A program made the translations under genes and the position numbers. A stretch of DNA of 64,000 bases from Octopus sinensis (Eukaryota): NCBI RefSeq assembly GCF_006345805.1, contig NC_042998.1, forward strand, positions 64,790,001 through 64,854,000, in the 5' to 3' direction. Position 1 is the first letter of the stretch. Each line of letters starts with the position of its first letter. Below the pieces are notes generated by a model, which saw nothing but the letters and a program-made list of their open reading frames with translations, was not told the DNA's origin and searched no databases. Below, piece after piece: positions 53,111 through 64,000 of the stretch.

Positions 53111-53662
53111 TGCTGTATCATTATTAATTTACAGTCTTTATTTATATTATAAAATGTATTTTCTAGAACAATTTTATATTTTTATTTATTTATTTCTTTA
53201 GTAGATTATCATATAATTTAATATCTAGTTTATATAGGTTATTAGTTTTATCTGATTGTACTATAATAATACCTTCAATATTTCACATTTCTTTTATTCT
53301 AATAGCTAATTATTTTAAATATTTATTATGTTTATTTTGGTATTTATGAAATTGAATATTTTTCACTACATTCCAAATATTAGCATGAAGTTCTTTTAGT
53401 ATATATTACTTAATTAGAACAACATTTAACTTAGATGTTTATTAAATAAATAAATAATGTTTTGTATATAGATTAAATTATAGTATTTTAGCTTCACTTA
53501 ATGTATATTATGTATCTTATATAAATATATATACTTAGATAAACTTAGATATGTTTCGACCACAGATTGGTCCAGGCCATGTCTAACTTAATAGCACCAC
53601 CTGATAGGATTATTTGAATCCTGTTTAAGTCAAGTTTTGTTTATGGTCCATTCAAGTAGTGA

Positions 53663-53703
<41 letters not shown>

Positions 53704-53709
53704 ACACAC

Positions 53710-53773
<64 letters not shown>

Positions 53774-54506
53774 TATATGGATGTATATACATTGTTTTTA
53801 AATAGTTTGTTTTCATTACTTGTATTTGAATTTTCTAGTAATGATATTTTATAGTTTGCTATTTTTTCTTCTATAAGCTAAAATATATTTCATAGAGAAA
53901 ATAAATATCTATATCTATTCTAGTTTTATTTACAACACGTTTTAAAGAGATAATTTTTTTTATAAATATTTAATTTAAATTTATTACAAATAAGTCCTAC
54001 GTATTAAGTATAAAGATTCAATTAGCAGAATATATTTAATAAGATATTTCGTGTTTTTCTTTTAAGATATATTGTTGAATTTTGTTAGATTTTTTTATTG
54101 AAAAATTACGTATTTTTAAATATATTCTTATTTTCTCATAATATAATGTACGTACATTTATTCAATTATTTTTTTGCTTTTATCTTGGACCTGTAAGTCA
54201 TTATATTTGAATTGATTTTACTGTTATCAGTTGAAACATATATCCACGAAACATGTGTAGTCTATTTACTAATTATATACTATTTTTTATATATCGTATG
54301 TTATTTAGTTCTAGGTAAATATTTTATCGCATCTTAAATTTTTTCTATATGGTATGATTTAAGCATACCATTGTTGAATTGCTATATGGTGGTCCTTCTC
54401 TAATTTATATACATGTAGTATATATATATATATATATATATATTTATGTATGTATGTGTGTGTATGTGTGTGTATGTGTGTGTGTGCATGCATGTATGTA
54501 TGTATG

Positions 54507-54557
<51 letters not shown>

Positions 54558-55084
54558 ATATATATATATATATATACATATATGAATATATATATGTTCA
54601 ATTTATAGGAAAGATCCAGAAGAACAATTTCAGCTGACTGAAAAGGTCTGCCGAAAAAAGGGTTACGCAGAAAGAAATACCCATGGAAGTTCACTGCGGT
54701 ATTTTTGTTGTACCGACACCACAAGGAATCATCGAGCCAAGCCGAAACAGTACAAGAATCAGAAAACATACGGAAATATTGGAGGTAGTTTCAAAACGAA
54801 AAAAATGGAAGTAAATATCAAAGAGGGAGATGTCATGTAATAAAACTAGACAAGTATTCATTTGCAGCAGAAGTCAATCTCAAAAGGGGAGGTTTTGTGG
54901 TGATAGACATTAACACACCTGTGTGTTTAAGAAATGAACTCGTCGGATTCTCATATCGCTGATGACGTGAGAGGGTGTTTTTGAAATAAAAAGTACGTCT
55001 TATGAAGACATTGATTTTAACTCCGCTTCGTTAAATCATATATCCAAACGTTTTAAGGATATAATATATATGTATATAGCACGG

Positions 55085-55240
55085 ACTTACAGTTTCCGTC
55101 TACCAAATCCACTCACAAGACTTTGGTCGGCCCAAAGATATAATAAAAGACACTTGCCCAAGTTGCTATGCAGGGACACAGAAATCAGAACCATGTCGTT
55201 GGGAAGCAGGCTACTTACCACACAGCCACACCTTCGCCTA
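55085..55240 (-). mobile_element. SINE family A, 5' half
   Basis: Reverse complement of the 25217 and 61530 heads. Confidence 0.7.
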
Positions 55241-56351
55241 CATTTATATTAGTGTTTGTGTGTATGTATATGTGTGTATGTGTATGTGTGTGTGTCCCTG
55301 TGAACATAATTATATGCAACTAGTTTAAATGTATAGTTTTCTGTTCTGGTATAACCAATTACGATTTGTTATTCATTGAAAATAAATAAACGAAGGAAAC
55401 AGATAGCTGTCACTAGCTAGCCGCTACCAGATATCTGGTTGCAGCTAGCTAGTATCTGATAAATATTTTGTTTGTCTCTAGTATGGAATCGTTAATTTGG
55501 TACGTAAACATCAGTAAAGATATGACAACCCAAGTTACGACCGTAGTGTTAATAATATTTATCATTGTCTCTGCAAACTTATATTGTTTCGTTATTGCAA
55601 CACTGACTTAGAAACACTGCCGTTCAAAATGAATGTAGAATCATTGACAAAATCAATAGGACTTTCTGCCTATTAGAAAAGTGTTACATATTTCACTTAG
55701 CGTAAATGAGATAAGAATAAGGAAAATATTATTTCAAAGATAAACAGAGACGAAATGTAATATCTGCTTTCAGAATACTGAAAAAATTACTTATTACAAA
55801 TCGATAAATTTAAGTAGCTCCAAAAATATTTATATCAACGATAATAAATAGACGACGGAAGGAAAGCCAAAACAAATGATATGAAATTCTTACAATTAAA
55901 GTACCAATATATCTACAACAATCGCCGTCTTTAATAGAAGTATATGAGTGTGTATTTGTGTGTATGCGTGTGTGCATTTGCGTGTGCGTGTTTGAAGAGA
56001 AAACAAACATAAAATTAAAAAAAACATGTATCTAAAGGAATTGAGAAGCTTAAATATTGCCAATGTAGAAACACATGTATATGTACAAGTAACAATTATT
56101 TATAAATGTATAAAAGATGCTTGGTTTATTAGGAAATAAACTGCAGAATATTTAGATCTAGTCTAAATATGCATGGATATATATATATGTGTGTGTGTGT
56201 GTGGGTGTGTGTGTGCGTGTGTGTGCGTGTGTGTTTGAGTGTGTGTGTGTTTGTGTATATATATATATATAATATATATACATATAATATATATATTTAT
56301 ATATCCATATATACATATATTTACATATATCTATACATATACATATTTATT

Positions 56352-56600
56352 TATATAAAACTGAGAATGTGTGTCTGTCTGTCTGTGTGTTTCTCTAGAA
56401 CTTGAGAACTACACAACCAATTTCATTCAAATTTTACACATGCCTTACTTAGGGTCCGGGGAGTTTCATCGGCCAAAAAAAATGTTCAACTTCTTGCCTA
56501 GAGCGAGCCCATAGCAATATCATAACTTCTCCACTATTTCAGTATTACGTGTTAAAAGTGAAACAAAAATATTTCTCTATTTTATGTCAGATGCTTTCAC
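56352..56600 (+). mobile_element. Possible Helitron-related non-autonomous element, 5' part
   Basis: TATATAAAA..(GTCT)n..caaccaatttcattcaaattttacac layout. No CTAG 3' end was found. Confidence 0.35.
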
Positions 56601-57277
56601 TTTAACAATAAAAATAATAATAACAATTGAATTATATGTAGTAAGTAATAAGTAAAATCAAACTAAAGGTATAATATAATCATAACATAACAAGAGTAAA
56701 AATAGCAACTGGTATAAAACTGCATCACTGATTTGAACTTGAACGACTGGTTTCACATGAATGGGAATAAATTAAAAATAAAATTAGCGTGCAGAAATGG
56801 AATAGTCCAGATGGATAATAAAAAATTAAATTAAAGAAAATACTATTGTCTATAAAGTATACAATGTAGAGAAAAAAGAAGAGCTAACAATTCCAGTCTG
56901 TTATATATTTTGAGTATTGTTATCACTAGCGATATCATGATATAACATTGTATTTTACATTTTATGTGTAGCTGTATATAAATAGATGTACGTGTAATAT
57001 GTACACATATATACATGCACTAGCAATATGACCCGACAACGACGGATCTTTAATGTTAGTATATATATATATATATATATATATGTAAATTTAAAAAATA
57101 CAAACTGGGACAAGAACGTAAAACGTTTAGAAGACGATACAAAAAACACGGACGGGACATTCGAAGCCTTCAATCTTCAGTGAAGAACCGGATCATCTTC
57201 GCAATTTCGGCTGATTAATCTTGAGATTGCTCGGATCTGGCCAGCCCCAAAGGAAAGTCTAAGCCAAGCGCATTAGA

Positions 57278-57313
<36 letters not shown>

Positions 57314-57630
57314 TATATATATATATGCATATATGGGGACAGGACGTCATTAAACGTGTACAACAAAAAAGTACGAATAATAAGTACATAGAACGAAATA
57401 AACATAAATAACGACCCTTCATCAGTTTTGGGCTGTTTCTCTATTCTCGTATTTCGATCACAGTTTCACGTTCCCGTTCGTCACTGTCCGACAAACAGGA
57501 ACATGAAATTCTGTGAAGCACTATTTTCGGTGATATTTTTGCAGATTTAATAATAAAGCATATTACTCTCACTCCAGTATTCGAGTTCTATTTTTCCTAC
57601 CTTGCTTCAAATTTATGTGCTTAATCTGGT

Positions 57631-57779
<149 letters not shown>

Positions 57780-58916
57780 GTATACATACATACATGTTTG
57801 CATACTTACATACATATATACAGACAGACAGAAACACACACTTGTAATTTTTGTGAGTGTAATAGAAGACACGTAAAAGACACTCCTGCTGGGCTGTCGG
57901 CAACTGAGTCTCGGAATGGTTTCCTCGAGAATGTGAAATTTCACGTTACACAATCTACATAAAATGAACAAATAGATCAATAAAAAGAGATGGTATAACA
58001 GCAGACCCTAGATACAACAATTATCACGTTGTTACATACGAAGGAGGGCAAGAGGATGAGAATGCGTTTATGTCTGCTTGCGATGACACAAGTATCTACA
58101 GCTGTAAGGAAACTATATTATTTGCTTGTTCATTTAACGTATCCGAGTGACGGCTACGGAATGATATGAACGTATGTGAATGTCTGTGTGTGTGCATGTG
58201 TGCGTATTGTGTGAGACGTAGCATTTGCGTGTGAGGCAAATGGCAAGAATCACTTAGTGATTAAAAGGCTTGAAGCCTAAATATTAGTAAAATTAAATAT
58301 ATATATATATATATACATTACAAGTAATTACTATATAGTAAGTGTGTCAACTGTACCGACAGCACGAAATAGCACATATTCATTAGATCATTAGACAATT
58401 TAAATTTACCAATCTCATATATTTTGCGTCGATGCACACTTCCACTAAGCTTAATATTTGCGAAGTGTGTCAACAAATTCAACACTCGTATTCTCGTTTA
58501 AGCATTACATAAATCTCAATTATTCGATTACCAATTTCGGTTGAAACATGACAGTATGCCAAGGAAAAATATTTATATATATTGACTTCCCCACAAACTA
58601 ATATATGATTAATTGCACGTACACGCGTACACAATCCCACACACTTATTAATATATATATATATGTTTGTGTGTGCGTGTGTGTGTATATATGTGTATAT
58701 ATGTATATATGTATATATGTGTATATTTATATGTATATATATATATATAAGTGTGTGGGTGTAGAAGTGTGTGAGATTGTGTACGCGTGTACGTGCAATT
58801 AATCATATATTAGGTTGTGGAGAAGTTAATATATATAAATACGTGTGTGTGTGTGTATGTATATATGTATATATATACATCTATGTATATGTATGTATGC
58901 CTGTGTGTGGTGTAAA

Positions 58917-59270
58917 AGCGCATGGCTCTGTGGTTTGAGCGGCAACTTTACGATCATGAGGTTTTGTGTTCGATTCCCGGAGCAGGCTGCGTGTTGTATT
59001 CTTCATCAAGTCACGTTATTTCTAGTTGCTCCAGTTCACGCAGGTGTAGAAATAAGTTGGGACGTGTCAAGCTGTATCGTTTCCTTTGCCGTTCCCTTGG
59101 ATAAAATCAGTGGCGTGGAGAGTGGAGGCTGGTATGCAAGGGCGGCTGCTGGTTTTCCATAAAATCAACCCTAGGTTGTGCGTTCGCCGCTGATGTGATT
59201 TTCCGCCCAGATTTGTCCCCAGGAGGGGAACCTCTTAGATGCACACACGGTGTTTCGTATCCGACGGGGT
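58917..59270 (+). mobile_element. SINE family C variant
   Basis: A box TGGCTCTGTGG, B box GTTCGATTCC, CORE-like segment; the 3' part is shared with 7620-7790. Confidence 0.7.
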
Positions 59271-59310
59271 CGTATTTATATATATATATATGTATATATA
59301 TATAAACACC

Positions 59311-59358
59311 GTCTCCGATGAAAGGATATATTAAATATCCCGGAAACAGGTGTAAGAC
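59311..59358 (+). ncRNA. Minimal type I hammerhead with U4C core (family H4)
   Basis: GTCT CCGATGA aa GGATAT attaa ATATCC cg GAAAC AGGT GTA AGAC. Confidence 0.65.
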
Positions 59359-59464
59359 ATCTTTATAATTGTACTGAAATCTTTCTCATTCTGTTAATTA
59401 TAAATATATATATATATATTATATATATATATGTAGTATGTATGCGTATGTATATATATATATA

Positions 59465-59561
<97 letters not shown>

Positions 59562-59748
59562 TATATATATATATATATAATAAATATTAGGGAATAAATC
59601 CAAATTTACAGGGAAAAAAATCAGATTTAGGATTAAATCGATTTTATAGTAAAATCTTATAAAATATTATTCGAGACAAAACCACTATTTGCAAAACAAA
59701 CAAGGAAAGACTTAATCAATACATATTTTGACACTGAATTATTGGAAG

Positions 59749-59791
59749 TCCCCTGAAGATTGTCGATCAAGACAAGAAACGATTGTAGTGG
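59749..59791 (+). ncRNA. Minimal type I hammerhead (family H3) between inverted arms
   Basis: tccc CTGAAGA TTGTC gatcaa GACAA GAAAC GATT GTA GTGG; arms at 59658-59725 and 59820-59888. Confidence 0.72.
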
Positions 59792-59878
59792 CGGTTTTTT
59801 TGACTATTTATTAAAATTTTATGTATTGATTAAGTCTTTCCTTGTTTGTTTTGCAAAATAGTGGTTTTGTCTCGAATA

Positions 59879-59954
<76 letters not shown>

Positions 59955-61529
59955 AGTATACATATATACATACATACATACATATACATTTGTAAAAATA
60001 TAGGAGACAAAACACATCCTAATTTTTTGTTTACCGTTATTGGATCTGGAGGTTTCAAATAGTTATCTGCCTGAAATATCTCATAACTTTATGTATGAAA
60101 ATACATCATATCATAAAATACACTCTAATAATCTTTAATAACTTAAGGTTTATCAAAGCTTTTTATTATGTCCACAAATATAATATACACTTACCGATTT
60201 CAACTCGTAATTTTTCTGGAATTGGACTCACCGAATAATTATATTATGCTGCTTATCATTTTGGAGCATTACCCATATTTACTTTGTATTTCATAGTAAA
60301 TTTTGGCAATGCTTTGAGTAATTGGAGTTTTCATTAAAGGCCAAAATTTTTCTTGGTTCTTCATATCAGCGTCAATACTTCTAAAGTTTTACCAATTCAG
60401 TCTGTACCCCATTAAATGCGTAACCCTACATTTTACAATAATTACTATCTGATTATATGTTTTATGTATTTTTATACTATATGTAACAACTTTCTTTTGG
60501 CTTGCATCGCCCATGAACTACCTTTTATTCTTTAGCTGTTGAAATCTCTTTCTTGCTCTTCTGTTTCACAAGTATATTTTGCTTTTTCAAAAATGCATCT
60601 TTATTATCCCTTTTACAATTTTTGTTGAATCTCATCTCTTCACATAAGTATTGTATTGCAGCGTCTTCCGATATATATTTACGTTGAGCATTCATATACC
60701 GTCAGCCTCCTTCACTTTTTCTTGATATTCTGTTTTCTGTATATTCTGCCTTACTTCTACTTTAGCTGAGTTTTAATCAATTCTTTGCCTGTTTATTCAC
60801 TCTTCCTTTTGTGTTTACTTATTTCCAGGTATTTAAACCTGCTTTATAATAACATCGGTATATTCACTCGTAGCATAACATTTTTGTTTTTCATTTTCGC
60901 TCACAAATAGACATATGATTTACTTTACGTTTATCATATCCTCGATGAATCACTAGCAAGATTATGTGCTATCATATAGCTGTCTGAAATAAATGAAACT
61001 TCTGGCAAATGAAAATTTCTATAATTACTACACCTGCATATCGATCATTAAATACTAAATTACGTCTTAATCGGTATACAATGCTACTGACAAGCATGCA
61101 TCAAGCAAGATGTAGTGTGAGTCACTTTTGAAATATTATCAATCTATACCTCCGTTTCTGAACCAAGATATGCTACACTTCTCACATAGAAAATAGGTAT
61201 CATTCACATTTCACGCATGAAATAAGGCTCATACACCACTCTCATTAACAATAATCTCATAAACTATTCTCACAATATATCAAGCAGAAATGTTCACTAT
61301 AAACATATACACAATGAAGGATAAGGCATTGTAATTGAACATAAAAGTTTCCGCTCAATTCTCCTGTAATTTATGGGAACAGAATAGTCGTTATATATAA
61401 AGATTTATATATTCTGTTTCATATGTCAATATGTATGACTGCATTTTGATGCATACGCATTTCTATTAGCTTATATATACCTTATAGTGTAGAAAATATA
61501 GAGTGGCCATAGACACAGGAGTGGCTGTA

Positions 61530-61910
61530 GGCGCAGCAGTGGCTGTGTGCTAAGTAGCTTGCTTACTAACCACATGATTCCAGGTTCAGTCCCACTGCGT
61601 GGCACCTTCACCAATTGTCTTCTGCTATAACCACGAGCTGACTTGTGAATGGATTTGCTAGACGGAAACTGGAATATGTCCGTCGTATATAAATATGTGT
61701 GTGTTTGTCCCCCCCCCCATCGCTTGATAACTGATGTCAGTGTGTTTACGTCTCCGTAACTAACTGTTTCACAAATAAGAGACCGATAGGATAAGTACAA
61801 ATCTTACAAAGAAGAAGTTCTGCAGTCGATTTGTCCGAATAAAGGCGGTGCTCCAGCATGGTCTCAGTCAAGTGACTGAAACAAGTAAAAGAATAAACAA
61901 ATGAAAGAAT
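61530..61910 (+). mobile_element. SINE family A, full length
   Basis: tRNA-like head, central body, and tail GGCGGTGCTCCAGCATGG..CAGTCAAGTGACTGAAACAAG. Confidence 0.85.
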
Positions 61911-62306
61911 ACATTATAAATACGCTTTCTTTGTAAGGATAAATTTTTTATTAAAAATTCTAAGCTAGAATCTGTAGAAAGCTTTTTCATTGAGCATAAC
62001 TCCTAAGTCGAGCAAAGTCTTCCGCAACCGGACTAAATTGTTCTCTATGAGAACTATTAAATATAAAATATATTGCATTTGGGGAAGGTAGAAAATCACT
62101 GAAATGATGGAATTAAATATATAAATATTAAATATCGTTGCACAAGCAATGATGTTAACGTTATGGTTACCGTAATTTGATGCTCACTAATTTCTGCTCA
62201 ATTTATTATATATGGGTTAATATGAATGGACACAAATTTACTTTGCACATATATGTCTATGCTGGTTGATATATTGATATAGGATATATATATATATTAT
62301 ATATAT

Positions 62307-62338
<32 letters not shown>

Positions 62339-62587
62339 AATAGATGAATATATATATATATACATACATAGATATGTATATATACACACACATATATATA
62401 TATATATATTATATATATATATATATATAGATATATACATATATATATATATGTACGTATATATATATATATATATTATATATATATATATAAATATATA
62501 TACATATATATATATATATAAATATATATGTATATGCATATATATATATGTTGATATATATATATATATATATAATATATATATATA

Positions 62588-63842
62588 ATCTACCTTGATT
62601 TTGCAAAAGCTTTTGACAAGGTGGATCATGGTATGATATGCCACAAACTACGTGACCTCGGCATAGCTGGAAAACTTGGAGTGTGGTTGCATGACTTCCT
62701 GAAAGATAGGAGTCAGGCAGTAGTGGTTAATGGAGCCACCTCTATGAACACACAAATAGTGAGCGGTGTTCCACAGGGTACTGTCTTGGGACCACTGCTT
62801 TTTATAGTGGCCCTTTCAGATATGCCCTCAAATGCCCGGATAGCCACTCTGGCCAGCTATGCAGACGATACGAAAGTCTCGCAGAAAATACAGAACCCCA
62901 GCGAAGTTGCACACCTGCAGCAGGTGTTGGACTCAATCTACAGATGGGCTGAGGATAATAATATGCAGTTTAATGCTGAAAAATTCCAGGCCCTGCGCTA
63001 CCAGCATCCAAAACTTAATATTAAACTTACAGGATACACCGGTCCACAGGGAATTTCAATCCCAGAGCCTAAGTCTGTGAGGGACATGGGTATCGACATG
63101 AGTGATGATACCTCTTTCCAAGTGCACATTACCAGGATGGCGACAAAGTGCAATCGACTTGCTGGGTGGATCCTAAGAACATTCAGAACCAGAGATAAGG
63201 AAGCCATGATTGTCCTCTGGCTGACATTCGTCCTCAGTCACCTGGATTACTGCTCACTGCTATGGTCACCCACCAGTGTAAATTTAACAGCGGACCTTGA
63301 AGCAATCCAGAGAAGATTCACAAAGAAGATCGTCTCTTTGCAACAGCTCAGCTACTGGGAAAGGTTGAAACAGCTAAGACTCTACTCCCTAGAGAGAAGA
63401 CGGGAGAGGTATGCAGTAATATATGTCTGGAAGATCCTGGAAGGAATTGTGCCAAATTTTGGCATTGTAAGCTACACCAATGCTAGAACGGGACGAGACT
63501 GCATAGTGCCAAAGATCCCAGCAATGCCATCACGCTTCAGGACCAGCTTCTGCAACAGCCTAGGTTTCAAGGGTCCACAGCTTTTTAATATTCTCCCAAA
63601 GAGTCTGAGGAACTTGCACAAAGTAGATGTAGCGGTTTTTAAATCAAAGCTGGACATCTTCCTGTCAAGAGTCCCAGATGAACCTACCTCACGGCAAGAG
63701 GTGCAAATGAGAGTAGCTGTATCAAACTCCATTCTTCACCAAGTGCCACATACTAGACGAGGTTCGTCATAATAACAGTGTAGCACAAAACGGCGGTGCA
63801 TCAGCATGGCCGCAGCTCTGAGCTGAAACCAGAAAAAAAAAA
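62588..63842 (+). mobile_element. CR1-group LINE, 5'-truncated, uninterrupted RT frame
   Basis: [36 protein letters not shown]. The frame is open from 62588 to 63772; tail GGCGGTGCATCAGCATGGCCGC..GAAAC plus an A-run. Confidence 0.95.
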
Positions 63843-63849
63843 TATATAT

Positions 63850-64000
63850 ATAGGGAGATTTCACAAAAAAACAAAAGACGTAGACAGGTGGTTTTAGACA
63901 ACAAACAGATGCATTAGTTTAACGCTCGGGAAGTGAACAAAATTTTATATTTCGAGCGTACACTCTTCCACAGAAATGAGCATAGAAATAAACAAGGAGA
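63850..64000 (-). mobile_element. PLE-like stub (homologous to 2250-2360) with eroded hammerhead
   Basis: Minus strand: CTGTGGA a GAG tgtacg CTC GAAAT. Confidence 0.45.

Noticed and set aside
55412-55453. 42-bp imperfect palindrome
   Set aside because: Single short hairpin built of CTAG-type motifs; no ribozyme core or other context.
60000-60850. Host exon or RTE-like RT remnant on the minus strand (similar stretch at 4380-4900)
   Set aside because: Too degenerate to translate reliably, with no splice-bounded open frame.

Overview
AT-rich, microsatellite-saturated eukaryotic DNA. The repeat families look like an octopus (coleoid cephalopod), recognised from memory rather than by a search. 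No host gene exon is evident, and nearly all short ORFs in the track are translations of (TA)n/(TG)n/(TAA)n. The window is a transposon graveyard: tRNA-derived SINEs, three 5'-truncated CR1-group LINEs, L1/Tx1 and R4/Dong-like stubs, four Tc1/mariner-superfamily elements, and a Penelope-like element (PLE; RT plus C-terminal GIY-YIG) split by a LINE. The main hidden signal is RNA-based. A ~485-bp tandem array (37122-39996, about 6 units plus an inverted terminal piece) carries a type I hammerhead ribozyme (HHR) on the minus strand of each unit, so it is a candidate non-LTR retrozyme or circular-RNA element. More than a dozen further minimal HHR motifs from several distinct families sit in short (TA)n-flanked stubs, often inverted, and in the PLE 3' end. 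This points to a PLE-mobilised, microsatellite-targeting ribozyme system. All folds were read by eye and none were computed.
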